NCBI GenBank assembly: GCA_963663965.2
Contig: CAXXFK010000029.1
Span: 128,001 to 192,000 of the forward strand
Source of the DNA: Sedimentisphaerales bacterium
GTDB lineage: Bacteria; Planctomycetota; Phycisphaerae; Sedimentisphaerales; SM23-30
Length of the DNA: 64,000 bases
Direction: 5' to 3'
The translations under genes were made by a program, and so were the position numbers. Below are positions 1 through 9,607 of this stretch, one piece after another. Positions within the stretch are counted from its first letter, which is position 1; each line of letters begins with the position of its first letter. Under the pieces are notes generated by a model. It made no database searches. It had not been told where the DNA came from and saw nothing but the letters and a program-made list of their open reading frames with translations.

Positions 1-231
<231 letters not shown>

Positions 232-285
232 AATAGATGATCACAGGCATACTCGATTCGTCCTCGTGGCGGATTGAGTAACGCC

Positions 286-1485
286 CTAATGCAGATAGGG
301 TGTGACATCGAAATCGCCCACCCGTGCGACATAAAGGTCGGGATGGAGACTCAAGTCGATATCTTTATCCACAGGGGTTTCATCTTCAGATTCGTTTTTT
401 TTATTTTTATCCACGGCCTTATCCAGTTCCACCGGCCGAACGATGGGGCGGCAGGGTTGGCTTTCATTGAGTTGCACGACAACGACTTCACGGTTGTCAT
501 TTAAGACCACCTGTTCACCCAGATTAAATGCCGGCATCGCTTCGGTAAAGGCCCGGTAAACTTTTGGGTCGAACCATTTGGCGTAACCAGGATTTTTCAT
601 TCGTTTCAGAGCGACTACATTAGGCGCAATCCTGCCATCCGGCAAGTATCTCAGCCCTTCAAAACGATCAGCCAGGGTAGCTACCCGGCAAAAGATATGG
701 ATTTCCTCCCCTTTAAGAGGATAGGATGGCTCTTTCATGCCAGGCAGAATCTTGCGTTTGGGAAATCCACTACCATCAAAGTGCTGATGATGATTGATAA
801 CCACTTGTGCCGCCAGAGGATTCAGCCCCTGACGAATCATCTTGAAACCCACTTCAGTATGTTTTTGCCATTCCGGAGCGCCCAGATCCTGGGCAGTCAT
901 GTGAAATCCTTGAATTTCTTCTGGGAGGGTCAGTTTGCCCACATCATGCAGCATGCAACCAATTCCGAGTTGGGTCAGGTCATTCGCTGAGGCAAGAGTA
1001 ACCCGCGCGCGTTCGCGTACCAGATAATTTTGCAGTTTGATTCCCAGTAATATTGCCAGCGATGCCACTCGGACTCCATGCAGATGAATGTCTTCCGATT
1101 CCCCATGCAGTTCATCGATAAATGATGAGGTCACCCCGCCCTGCTGAAATATCCGCTGAAAAAACTCAGACATCTTTTCGGTGTAGTCTTTATAATTAAT
1201 CTGGGCCAACCCACCATCCTGGGCATCGCTGAAATCCTCTTTGAGCAACTTATAGAGTTCTTGCTGTTTGTTGATCAACTCCGGATCAATAACCTCATCC
1301 AGAAAATCCAGCCCGGGATAGTGAATCCAGACCTGACCAACTTTGAGTTCGCGTAAACGGTTGATAAATCCGTCATCCAGTTCAACGCCTGTTTTTAACA
1401 GGGTGAGATCCGGCTTAGTCGGATCCACCACGGCGCGTGCCAGTGTCATGCCTGGTTTGGTTTGATCAATTGGAACTTTCAGCAT
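286..1485 (-). CDS. HD-GYP domain protein (putative c-di-GMP phosphodiesterase)
   Basis: 399 aa. N-terminal LKPGMxLAR-like start, LHDVGK (HD), HHQHFDGSGFP (GYP variant), ATLADRFE, WFDPKV. Confidence 0.85.
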   Translation of the reverse strand: MLKVPIDQTKPGMTLARAVVDPTKPDLTLLKTGVELDDGFINRLRELKVGQVWIHYPGLDFLDEVIDPELINKQQELYKLLKEDFSDAQDGGLAQINYKDYTEKMSEFFQRIFQQGGVTSSFIDELHGESEDIHLHGVRVASLAILLGIKLQNYLVRERARVTLASANDLTQLGIGCMLHDVGKLTLPEEIQGFHMTAQDLGAPEWQKHTEVGFKMIRQGLNPLAAQVVINHHQHFDGSGFPKRKILPGMKEPSYPLKGEEIHIFCRVATLADRFEGLRYLPDGRIAPNVVALKRMKNPGYAKWFDPKVYRAFTEAMPAFNLGEQVVLNDNREVVVVQLNESQPCRPIVRPVELDKAVDKNKKNESEDETPVDKDIDLSLHPDLYVARVGDFDVTPYLH

Positions 1486-1536
1486 GGTATCATTTATGGG
1501 TTTTTAATTCTATATTATATAATCACAATATTTTAA

Positions 1537-1564
1537 GCATCGGTTTATTTGTACCCTGGCTTAA
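1537..1564 (-). promoter_or_regulatory. Putative sigma28 (FliA)-like promoter for the HD-GYP gene
   Basis: Minus strand reads TTAAG-N15-ACCGATGC about 50 nt upstream of the ATG. Resembles TAAA-N15-GCCGATAA. Confidence 0.4.
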
Positions 1565-1690
1565 ATGGGCTTGCCTGTTTTGCCCATTGGAGGCATAAAC
1601 GACACAGTCGTTATAAATCGCATGACCCAATCGCCTTACCTTTTTACGGAAAAAATTTTATTGAAATTAAGAAATTTCACAATGAATTAG

Positions 1691-1718
1691 CAAACCTAAA
1701 TATATCACCTGCCGATAT
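1691..1718 (+). promoter_or_regulatory. Putative sigma28-like promoter for the small ORF at 1783
   Basis: CAAAC-N15-GCCGATAT. The -10 box is near consensus and the -35 is weak. Confidence 0.35.
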
Positions 1719-1782
1719 CAATTCTGTAATCAGCCGAATATCCCGCGGCGTAACGTAAAGTCCTCTGGGAGTGTTAGAAGAG

Positions 1783-1974
1783 ATGGCGACACAAAAAAAG
1801 AATGACAACCTGACTCGACCGGCATCAATAAAAGGAAAATGGCCCGTCCCTTTTGAACGCCCCGAAGTCAAATGGTATCCCGCTTCCAGTCGCCTGATTG
1901 GTATGATCCGCCAGAATAGCAAGAAATATATCCTTCCTCCCGCCGTTGTTCGCAAGGCAGCCTGGAGAGATTAG
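1783..1974 (+). CDS. Small basic hypothetical protein (63 aa)
   Basis: ATG preceded by purine-rich GGGAG...AGAAGAG and a sigma28-like -10 box. No recognisable family. Confidence 0.4.
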   Translation: MATQKKNDNLTRPASIKGKWPVPFERPEVKWYPASSRLIGMIRQNSKKYILPPAVVRKAAWRD

Positions 1975-2778
1975 TCCATCCCGGTCCAATAAATCATCCT
2001 TTTCCGTCGGTATTCACTCTTAAATCATAAGGGCGCCTCTAAAAATTCATTCAGGGCTGCTGGCGGGTACTCCGCATTCAGCGAGACAAGCATTTTCCTC
2101 TGGACGGCGTCCCCCAAAACGTGAATATTGTCAAATAAGCCCGGTTCTTGGTTCCTTACCAGAGAAAAATCATCCTTGCTTTTGGCTCGAAAACGATTTT
2201 TATAGGCACCCAAAACTATTGCATAAGATGCTGTTGGATGAAGATATCTTTCTGTTCAGGTTCAGTACGTTCTCCTGAATACTGTTATAAAAATTCAAAG
2301 GCCGATGATTTATTCTGATATCAAGCAACGAGTGGAGGGTTCATCAAACAAGTATTTTATCGGTCTTTCAATTAAAAACATTCATTTATCGGATCTTAAA
2401 CCATTTCTAATGATATTTTTTTTGAAGGTTTCGGACAGCCCTGAACAGCATTCATTTATAGGAAATGGATATATCGATCATTGATCGGGAAGACAGAATT
2501 TTGACCTGAAGACGTTATATGGATTCGATATCACCGGATGAAAAGTAATGAGGAATGGATGGGATAACTTATTGTAAATGATTGTGTTGTAATCTGTCAA
2601 ATTCACAAGTTCGGCCTTATAATTTATCGTTTCCGATCAGTCAATATACCCGGTAAGTCCGGTAGATGCGTCATTTTCGTTGTTTTTTGCCTATCATAAA
2701 TTTTAAGTAAAGAACGCCTAGTCGTCAGGGATTTCCTATTCATCAGTTTTGGTCTATTCGGCGCAAACGGAATTTTCC

Positions 2779-2806
2779 TCACGGAGGGTATAATCTCAAC
2801 CGATAT
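2779..2806 (+). promoter_or_regulatory. Putative sigma28-like promoter for wza-wzc-wecA
   Basis: TCACG-N15-ACCGATAT, with the same spacing as the motif at 1537-1564. Confidence 0.35.
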
Positions 2807-2893
2807 GAATCCTGAAGATGGATGAAAGTGGCATAAAGTATCTATCTGACTTATGCCAGGAGAATTTTGTTCTTATTGTTTAAGGCAACAGCC

Positions 2894-4111
2894 ATGTATG
2901 AGAAAAAACAAGTTAGTATCCTGATTAGCCGCACAATGTTAATAGTTATGCTGCTACTCTCATTGACGCTCGGTGGCTGCGGCAAGCCCAAACGGGCTGC
3001 CCGTCCCTATAAGATTGCCCCGAGCCAATTAGACAACAGCATGGCGGGATATGCCCGGCCTGATGAGCAGGTTGGCTGGCAGACTGCCAGTCAGTCACCC
3101 CAGGGGCATCCGGAAGAAGGGATTCAACAGTGGGATTCCAGTCAGCAACCCGCCTTGACCGCCCGCGGTTCCTCAACCGAGTATCATTTTGGCCCGGGTG
3201 ATGTGCTTTTAATAAAGGTATTTCAATTGCTGGAACCGGATAAAGAGGCGATCATCAAGGCTGAAGTTGACCGCACCGGTCATATTTATATGCCCGTCCT
3301 GAACCATATTTATGTCAATGAACTTACCGTGGAACAGCTACAACGGGAATTGATACGCCGGCTGGCGACGAATTATATCAAAGACCCCAAAGTCAATGTT
3401 GCCATCGAACAGTTCAACAGCAAACTGGTTATGGTTATGGGGAATGTTAACCGGACCGGGACGCTGGCATTACAGACCGATAATACTACCTTACTGGATG
3501 TCATCAGTCAGATGAATGGCTTGCGTACTCCGACAGGGCCAGAGATTGAAATACTACGCGGAGCATATAATCCTACTGGATCGAAGCAAACCGGAGCCTC
3601 AATGATCGATGCCACCGGAAAAAAACGCGAGCGCGTTCCAGTAAGTCTGTTATTCAGTGACAATGAACGCAGTCGAGTCAATCCAGTGATCTATCCGGGA
3701 GATGTCGTGAATGTTCTGCCGGCATCCGAGGGATATATTTATGTTGCCGGAGAGGTCAAGCAACCTGGGTCTAAAGATTTCAGGCGGCCACTAACCATTA
3801 TGCAAGCGATAGCCGTTTGCGGTGGAGAGACCAAAATCGCTGACGAAAAACATTGTACCGTCATTCGGCGCGGCGTCGATGGCATTGAACGCGAGGTGGT
3901 TATCAACCTGGAACGTATCCGGGAGGGTAAAGATGACAATATCCTGCTGGCCCAGAACGATACGATCTATGTGCCGGTGGATGGCTGGAAGAAATTCTGG
4001 GATGATGTGAATAATATGTTCCGTCGTGGCGTCAGCACCGGTGTCAGTTTCACTTATGATGCTGCCCGTGATGCGGGAGTGACCAGCGCCGGCGGCGCAG
4101 GTGGATACTAA
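2894..4111 (+). CDS. wza: Polysaccharide export lipoprotein (Wza/Poly_export + SLBB domains); alternative TTG start at 2867
   Basis: Lipobox LTLGGC, YHFGPGDVLLIKVF, VDRTGHIYMP, YIKDPKVNV, VMVMGNVNRTG and IYVAGEVKQPG SLBB repeats. Confidence 0.85.
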   Translation: MYEKKQVSILISRTMLIVMLLLSLTLGGCGKPKRAARPYKIAPSQLDNSMAGYARPDEQVGWQTASQSPQGHPEEGIQQWDSSQQPALTARGSSTEYHFGPGDVLLIKVFQLLEPDKEAIIKAEVDRTGHIYMPVLNHIYVNELTVEQLQRELIRRLATNYIKDPKVNVAIEQFNSKLVMVMGNVNRTGTLALQTDNTTLLDVISQMNGLRTPTGPEIEILRGAYNPTGSKQTGASMIDATGKKRERVPVSLLFSDNERSRVNPVIYPGDVVNVLPASEGYIYVAGEVKQPGSKDFRRPLTIMQAIAVCGGETKIADEKHCTVIRRGVDGIEREVVINLERIREGKDDNILLAQNDTIYVPVDGWKKFWDDVNNMFRRGVSTGVSFTYDAARDAGVTSAGGAGGY

Positions 4112-4227
4112 TCGCAAGGATGCTGATCAAACAGAATGCATGACGAGAGTAGAGTATAAACCGGACAATCAGCGAATCTCAACGACAAGTAGATTCGAGT
4201 CCCAATGAAATCAGGAACAGGCTGACT

Positions 4228-6381
4228 ATGAATGCCAACTATCTCAACAACACATCGGCCGGAGGCACGGCGCCTCAGACCGCAGGAACTCCAGGTTACC
4301 ATCCGATCAAAATCCTGGTCCGCCGCCGCTGGCAGTTATTTGCCTGCCTGCTTTTGGTCTGTACCATGGCATTGGCATCGGCATTTTTAGCGCGTCCATC
4401 GTTTCAAGCGGCCAGTCAGGTTCAGATTGTCAGTGACAGTCCGGACAAACTGGGGGGATTGACCGAATTATTAGGGGGAGGGACGCAGGGCGATTATTTC
4501 GACACCCAATGCAAATTGATCAAGTCGCGAAAAGTGCTTTCAGAAGCCTCACGCCGAATGAGCAACGCCTCGGAGTGGAGCTATAATGACAATATATACG
4601 ATACCATGAAATCCAAGGTCCAGGTGGTGCCGATCAGTCAGTCACGTTTGATAGAAATAATCGGGATTGGGGAATCGCCATCGGAAGCGGCCGCCATTTC
4701 CAATCATGTGACCGCCGCTTTTGTGGATACGATGATCAGCGATTACAAGGCGGATACGGCCCGGGTGATACGCCGCATTCAAAACCAGATAGACGGATAT
4801 GATAAAAATATCTCTGAGATAGAACAATCGATTCAGCAATATCGACAGGAGCATAAAATCGCGAATCCGGGCGCCATTACCCGGGAAACGGAAACTCAAA
4901 TCGCTTTATTTGAGAAAGATATCGCCAGCCTTCGTATGCAGCAGATTGACCTGGTCCAACGAAAAACCGATTTGGAAAACCTGTTGGCGAATCCAACCAT
5001 ACTGGAATCCGGACAATATTATGTAAAAGAATTGTCCGGTAATACGCGTATCGCAAACCTGGACAGCGAGATCAGGAAACTTGTTCAGGAGGAAACCCAG
5101 TTAGCCCGTATCTATTTACCGGGTCATGACAAGTTAAAAGCCGTACGTGAGAAACTGGCGGACTTGCAGAATACGCGCTATTTGGAAACCGTTTCGCTGA
5201 TCGAGGAGTTATATCGCCAGGTTTCCGACCAGATAGACACCGGTGAGGAAAGAGAAAAGTCATTGAATCAATTGCTTGCCCAGGAACGGGATCGGAATAT
5301 TGAACTGGCGGGATTTCAAAATGAATATGGCAAACTGGTAACACTATTGGCAGAAAATACCCAGGCGCGCCAGCAACTTGAGCAGACATTACGAAAATTC
5401 GAGATATCAGAAAGTATGAAAGAATCGCCGGTAGTGGTCGTTGACTCCGCTCATTTGCCGACCAAGCCGGTCGGTTTAACGGCCGAACACCGGGCGGCAT
5501 CCATTTTGTTGCTAGGATTGGTATTCAGTATTGTGTTTATCCTGTCTGTCGAGAGATTGACGACTAACGAGCCGGTAGAAAGTCCGCAATCCGCCCAACC
5601 GGGAATGGCACCCTGGAATGGTTGGGCCTGGCCGAGCATGATTCCGCAACCGGTGACCAAAATGAGCGAGCGGAATATTCTGGGTCGTATTGGAAGGATT
5701 GATTATGCCAGTGGAGAAAGTGACCGGGCGATTGCCGCCCGTTGCCGGATCGTCCATGTGGATGCCGCCGGCGCCGCCTCCAATGGATTCCGGGAAGCAG
5801 GCGCCAGACTGCTGAGCCGATTTGGCCGTTCCCATCAGAGTATTGTCGTGACGGGCAGTTCGCATGGCAGCGGCAAATCGACCTGTGCCAGCAATCTATC
5901 CCTGACCATACATCAATCACAACGGCAAGTAGTACTGGTCGACTGCAATCCAGTGTCCAGTCCCATCGCTTTGGCTTATCAATATAATCGCAGAATGCTG
6001 GATCTTTCGCTGTTTCGTGATGATCCGACTTTGCTGGAAGATTATCTGAGCGCAACCGATTTGCCCGGCCTGACGATATTGGCCATTGATACGGATTCGA
6101 TTTCAGCCGGCCATGACGGGATAACAACATTGGCGCTATTGCAAGCGGATTTATCAGCACGATATGACTGGGTGATCTATGACAGCGGTCTGATTGGCGA
6201 TCCGGTGACTGACCGGTTGCTTCAAATCGTGGGTAAAGCGGTTCATGTCAATGGCGCCGAGGATCTGGATGAGCCAGACATGGTGATGGAGCAGATTGAA
6301 AATCGCGGCGCCGTTTGTGTGGGTTGTATCGATAACCGTTTCTTCCGATATGCTCCGAACCGCTATCCGGTTAACGTTTAA
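4228..6381 (+). CDS. wzc: Polysaccharide co-polymerase / BY-kinase-like protein (Wzc/GumC family)
   Basis: Two TM helices flank a long coiled-coil periplasmic domain. C-terminal P-loop GSSHGSGKST, VVLVDCN, VIYDSG. Follows wza. Confidence 0.8.
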   Translation: MNANYLNNTSAGGTAPQTAGTPGYHPIKILVRRRWQLFACLLLVCTMALASAFLARPSFQAASQVQIVSDSPDKLGGLTELLGGGTQGDYFDTQCKLIKSRKVLSEASRRMSNASEWSYNDNIYDTMKSKVQVVPISQSRLIEIIGIGESPSEAAAISNHVTAAFVDTMISDYKADTARVIRRIQNQIDGYDKNISEIEQSIQQYRQEHKIANPGAITRETETQIALFEKDIASLRMQQIDLVQRKTDLENLLANPTILESGQYYVKELSGNTRIANLDSEIRKLVQEETQLARIYLPGHDKLKAVREKLADLQNTRYLETVSLIEELYRQVSDQIDTGEEREKSLNQLLAQERDRNIELAGFQNEYGKLVTLLAENTQARQQLEQTLRKFEISESMKESPVVVVDSAHLPTKPVGLTAEHRAASILLLGLVFSIVFILSVERLTTNEPVESPQSAQPGMAPWNGWAWPSMIPQPVTKMSERNILGRIGRIDYASGESDRAIAARCRIVHVDAAGAASNGFREAGARLLSRFGRSHQSIVVTGSSHGSGKSTCASNLSLTIHQSQRQVVLVDCNPVSSPIALAYQYNRRMLDLSLFRDDPTLLEDYLSATDLPGLTILAIDTDSISAGHDGITTLALLQADLSARYDWVIYDSGLIGDPVTDRLLQIVGKAVHVNGAEDLDEPDMVMEQIENRGAVCVGCIDNRFFRYAPNRYPVNV

Positions 6382-6458
6382 TTAGAAAATTTTGAGAGAG
6401 TAGATAAATGTAGTCTACCATCGATAGTGAGCGTTTTGTTAGATTAAGAGAAATAACT

Positions 6459-8021
6459 ATGATCGCTGGAAAGTCAATTTTTGAGATGGCTACCCTGGAA
6501 CAGATAGGCATGATTGCCTGTGGATCGGGATTTCTGATGGCATTGACCATTGGAACGATTCTCACCGCATTAATGTGTCGAATCGGTCATCGTATTGGCG
6601 CTTTGGATCGCCCTGACGGTCTGTTGAAATGCCATGAGAGAGCAACTCCAACCCTGGGCGGCCTGCCATTGCTGGCGACCTTACTCATCAGTACTCTGGC
6701 TGTTGGAACGGTTGTCACCCTGCGTGATGGAGGCGGCTTAGTGGGGCAGTGGGTGCAATCGGTTTCGCTGACAGGATTAATTGTATCCTGTGTTATTATA
6801 ACCTTGTTGGGTGTGTGTGATGATCTCAACCAGATTATGCCCAGAACCAAATTATTTTTTCAATCCATAGCGGCTTTGGTTGTAATAGGTTCTGGTTTTG
6901 TTATTCAGCGATGCGGATTTTTTGGAGTGTTTGATGTTGATTTGGGGATTCTGGCCGTACCCTTTACTTTATTCTGGTTGATAGGGAGTTGTAATGCATA
7001 TAATTTTATTGACGGGATGGACGGGCTGGCCAGTGGTATCGGTTTGTTCAGCAGTCTGATTCTGGGAGTTCTGGCATTTTTATGCGGAGATTTTGCTGAT
7101 GCTCTGATCGCATTCTGCCTGGCCGGAACCTTGCTGGCTATTTTAATGTTCAATTTTAAACCGGCCATGATATTTCTGGGAGATAGCGGATCACAACTGA
7201 TTGGATTGCTGCTGGGGGCATTAAGTATTCGGATTGCCACGCAACATGGCGTATTTATGTTGCCGGCGGCCGGTTTAATCTTGAGTATTCCAATCGTGGA
7301 TTGTTTTTTATCGATCATTCGGCGTTTCAGCTTACTGGCTTCACCGGCACAGGGAGACCATCGACATATCCATCATTGTCTGCAAAGAGAAGGTTTAAGT
7401 GTACCGGAAGCGGCCGTTACGCTTTGGATCGCAACCGTATTAACCGGTGTGATGGGGATCGTATTCTTTTATTCCTGGGGTATCGCCACCGGTATTTCAG
7501 CGTTGGCTCTGGTGCTGATAGAGCTTTATATTGGAATCCGATTGGGATGTCTGGAGGTGCAAGGTTTGATGACCCGGGTGGGTCTTGTGTTTCACCGGCA
7601 GAGAGAAGATCAGAAAACCGCCACCCAAACCCTGTTGGAATTGGAGTTGCTTTGGGAGCATATGAAGCCGTTGTTTGAGAAGACTCGTCTGGACCGTGCC
7701 ATTCTTACTCTGGAGGGCATTACGACAGATGGGCAGCCCAGTTGCAAAATCTATCGATGGGCACGATCGGAATCATTGATGGCTGAATTTCTGGCCAGCC
7801 GCTGGACCAAACGGTTCTCGCTGGGCGATGACAGCCAGGTGGCGACTCTGCAACTGGAATCCATGGAGCAATTGAGCCGGAACGAGAGGCGTATCCAGTG
7901 GCTTTTACGCCAGATACGCGATAATATGCGAAATTCGACCCGGCCCGATCATCCTCATCCCACGCCACGAGCTCCACAAAAAGCCAATCCTGAAGAGAGT
8001 CCACAGTATCAAAAGACCTGA
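6459..8021 (+). CDS. wecA: Undecaprenyl-phosphate GlcNAc-1-phosphate transferase (WecA/TagO, MraY family) with C-terminal extension
   Basis: DRPDGLLKCHERATPTLGG, LGVCDD, NAYNFIDGMDGLA, IFLGDSGS, DHRHIHH motifs and many TM segments. Confidence 0.85.
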   Translation: MIAGKSIFEMATLEQIGMIACGSGFLMALTIGTILTALMCRIGHRIGALDRPDGLLKCHERATPTLGGLPLLATLLISTLAVGTVVTLRDGGGLVGQWVQSVSLTGLIVSCVIITLLGVCDDLNQIMPRTKLFFQSIAALVVIGSGFVIQRCGFFGVFDVDLGILAVPFTLFWLIGSCNAYNFIDGMDGLASGIGLFSSLILGVLAFLCGDFADALIAFCLAGTLLAILMFNFKPAMIFLGDSGSQLIGLLLGALSIRIATQHGVFMLPAAGLILSIPIVDCFLSIIRRFSLLASPAQGDHRHIHHCLQREGLSVPEAAVTLWIATVLTGVMGIVFFYSWGIATGISALALVLIELYIGIRLGCLEVQGLMTRVGLVFHRQREDQKTATQTLLELELLWEHMKPLFEKTRLDRAILTLEGITTDGQPSCKIYRWARSESLMAEFLASRWTKRFSLGDDSQVATLQLESMEQLSRNERRIQWLLRQIRDNMRNSTRPDHPHPTPRAPQKANPEESPQYQKT

Positions 8022-8031
8022 TAAGAGATTG

Positions 8032-8059
8032 AAAAAAAGCCGGTTTTGCCGGCTTTTTT
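8032..8059. terminator. Bidirectional intrinsic terminator
   Basis: AAAAAAAGCCGG-TTTTG-CCGGCTTTTTT between convergent wecA and the aldo/keto reductase gene. Confidence 0.85.
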
Positions 8060-8066
8060 AATACAT

Positions 8067-9011
8067 TTAAACGGGCTTGGCTTCTTCAGGAATCTTCAGG
8101 GGTTCGGTCCGTCTTGGACTTTGTCGGACCCGTCTGGCGAAATCATCAACTTCCAATAGCTTCTCAAAACCAACAATCATGGTATCCACGCATCCCAGAT
8201 TCAAAACGAAATCGACGGCATAGCTGCGCTTTTCATCATCATCCCGGTATTTGCCTTCGCCAATCAGTTTCATGGCGACCAATCCCTTTTTGTTTTTGTG
8301 AATTTCCTGGAGCACGGGAATGACTTCATGAGGTTTTCCATCCATGGACACGCCATAAGGATTAATCCTGGCATGTACTGAATCCACCCAGGGAGAAGCG
8401 GCGGCAAGCTTCAATGCGTCTAACGAATGGCATGAGACACCATGGGCGCGAATGAGGCCTTTCTTTTTACAATTTTCCAATAGTTCCATCTGTTTTTCGA
8501 AAGTCTTGGTCCAATCCTTTTGGGTCATACAATGGATAAGAACCAGATCGATATAATCCGTACCGATTTCCTTTAAAAAGCGTTCAAGCACCAAGTCGGC
8601 ATCGGGGCGTTCCTCGGAAGGCAGGCCATTCTTATGGAACCATATTTTGCTGGTTAATACAAATTTGTCGCGGGGAATTTCTTTTAATCCACGCATGATG
8701 TAGTGGTGAGAACCGTAAATATCAGCCAGGTCAAACAGGCGTATTCCCCGGTCATAACAACCCCGAATCAGCTCTAAGAACCCTTTTTCGCCCAAACGTG
8801 TCTGGTTGGATTGCTGGTTAAATCCTTTCATGCCGGTTCCCAAACCAATCCGCGATACTTTGATGCCTGTTTTGCCCAATTCAATGATTTCGTAGGGATC
8901 ATAATGAGTTTTTTGAGGATCAAGCTGTGCGATTGATGCCTGAGGGCGGATCCAGGAACCGGCCAGACCAGCCAGAGAACCCGCCAGGAAAGCCCGTCTG
9001 TTCAATTTCAT
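8067..9011 (-). CDS. Aldo/keto reductase with Tat signal peptide
   Basis: NRRAFL twin-arginine leader, LGKTGIKVSRIGLGT, FDLADIYG, TDYIDLVLIH, IRAHGVS. Confidence 0.88.
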   Translation of the reverse strand: MKLNRRAFLAGSLAGLAGSWIRPQASIAQLDPQKTHYDPYEIIELGKTGIKVSRIGLGTGMKGFNQQSNQTRLGEKGFLELIRGCYDRGIRLFDLADIYGSHHYIMRGLKEIPRDKFVLTSKIWFHKNGLPSEERPDADLVLERFLKEIGTDYIDLVLIHCMTQKDWTKTFEKQMELLENCKKKGLIRAHGVSCHSLDALKLAAASPWVDSVHARINPYGVSMDGKPHEVIPVLQEIHKNKKGLVAMKLIGEGKYRDDDEKRSYAVDFVLNLGCVDTMIVGFEKLLEVDDFARRVRQSPRRTEPLKIPEEAKPV

Positions 9012-9144
9012 AACTTTATCTCCAGTTGTTTCTAATTTTTATTAGAGCGAAAGAATGATTGATAAATTATAGGCTGATGTGAACAGATAAACAATTAAAT
9101 CTCATTTTGAACGCATAGTAATCACCAGAGATTGCAAAAATAGA

Positions 9145-9172
9145 TTGACAAAAGTAATATTTCATTTATAAT
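9145..9172 (+). promoter_or_regulatory. Consensus sigma70 promoter
   Basis: TTGACA-N16-TATAAT, both hexamers perfect, 55 nt upstream of the ORF at 9228. Confidence 0.75.
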
Positions 9173-9227
9173 ACGATGCTCTATTTGCTAAGTGACTGTA
9201 AGATATTATAAATAGGAGACTTATTAC

Positions 9228-9458
9228 ATGGGACATAGACGTGACCGGCTTGATGGCCGTTTGGAATATCAGATAAAGACCCGCCGAGAAAAATCGCTTA
9301 TTAAAGAGAAATATCACACTCGTAAAGATGCCCGCATGATTGAAGCGATTAAAAAAGATTCATTGCCTTATACCCCGGAGGTAATGAGTTGGTTAAGCGT
9401 CAAGCTGGATAAGAAATCCTCCAAAATCACGGCTGAGGATATCAAAAAACTAATATAA
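9228..9458 (+). CDS. Small basic hypothetical protein (76 aa)
   Basis: AGGAG RBS, consensus promoter, downstream terminator and K/R-rich helical sequence. Confidence 0.75.
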   Translation: MGHRRDRLDGRLEYQIKTRREKSLIKEKYHTRKDARMIEAIKKDSLPYTPEVMSWLSVKLDKKSSKITAEDIKKLI

Positions 9459-9503
9459 CTTCTTTTTTGGCAATGCCTTAAAAAGATTAGTGCTTATCGA
9501 TAT

Positions 9504-9539
9504 AAAAAGCCATTGATTATAATATCAAAGGCTTTTTTT
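9504..9539 (+). terminator. Intrinsic terminator
   Basis: AAAAAGCCATTGAT-TATAAT-ATCAAAGGCTTTTTTT hairpin with T-tract. Confidence 0.7.
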
Positions 9540-9607
9540 ATGCGCATGGGATTGAAATTAAAACAAATTTGATTATTATAGGATGAAAAAGAATACTGGG
9601 AGACATC

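Noticed and set aside
2829..2845. TGGCAT as a sigma54 promoter for wza
   Set aside because: No GC at the -12 position with GG-N10-GC spacing.
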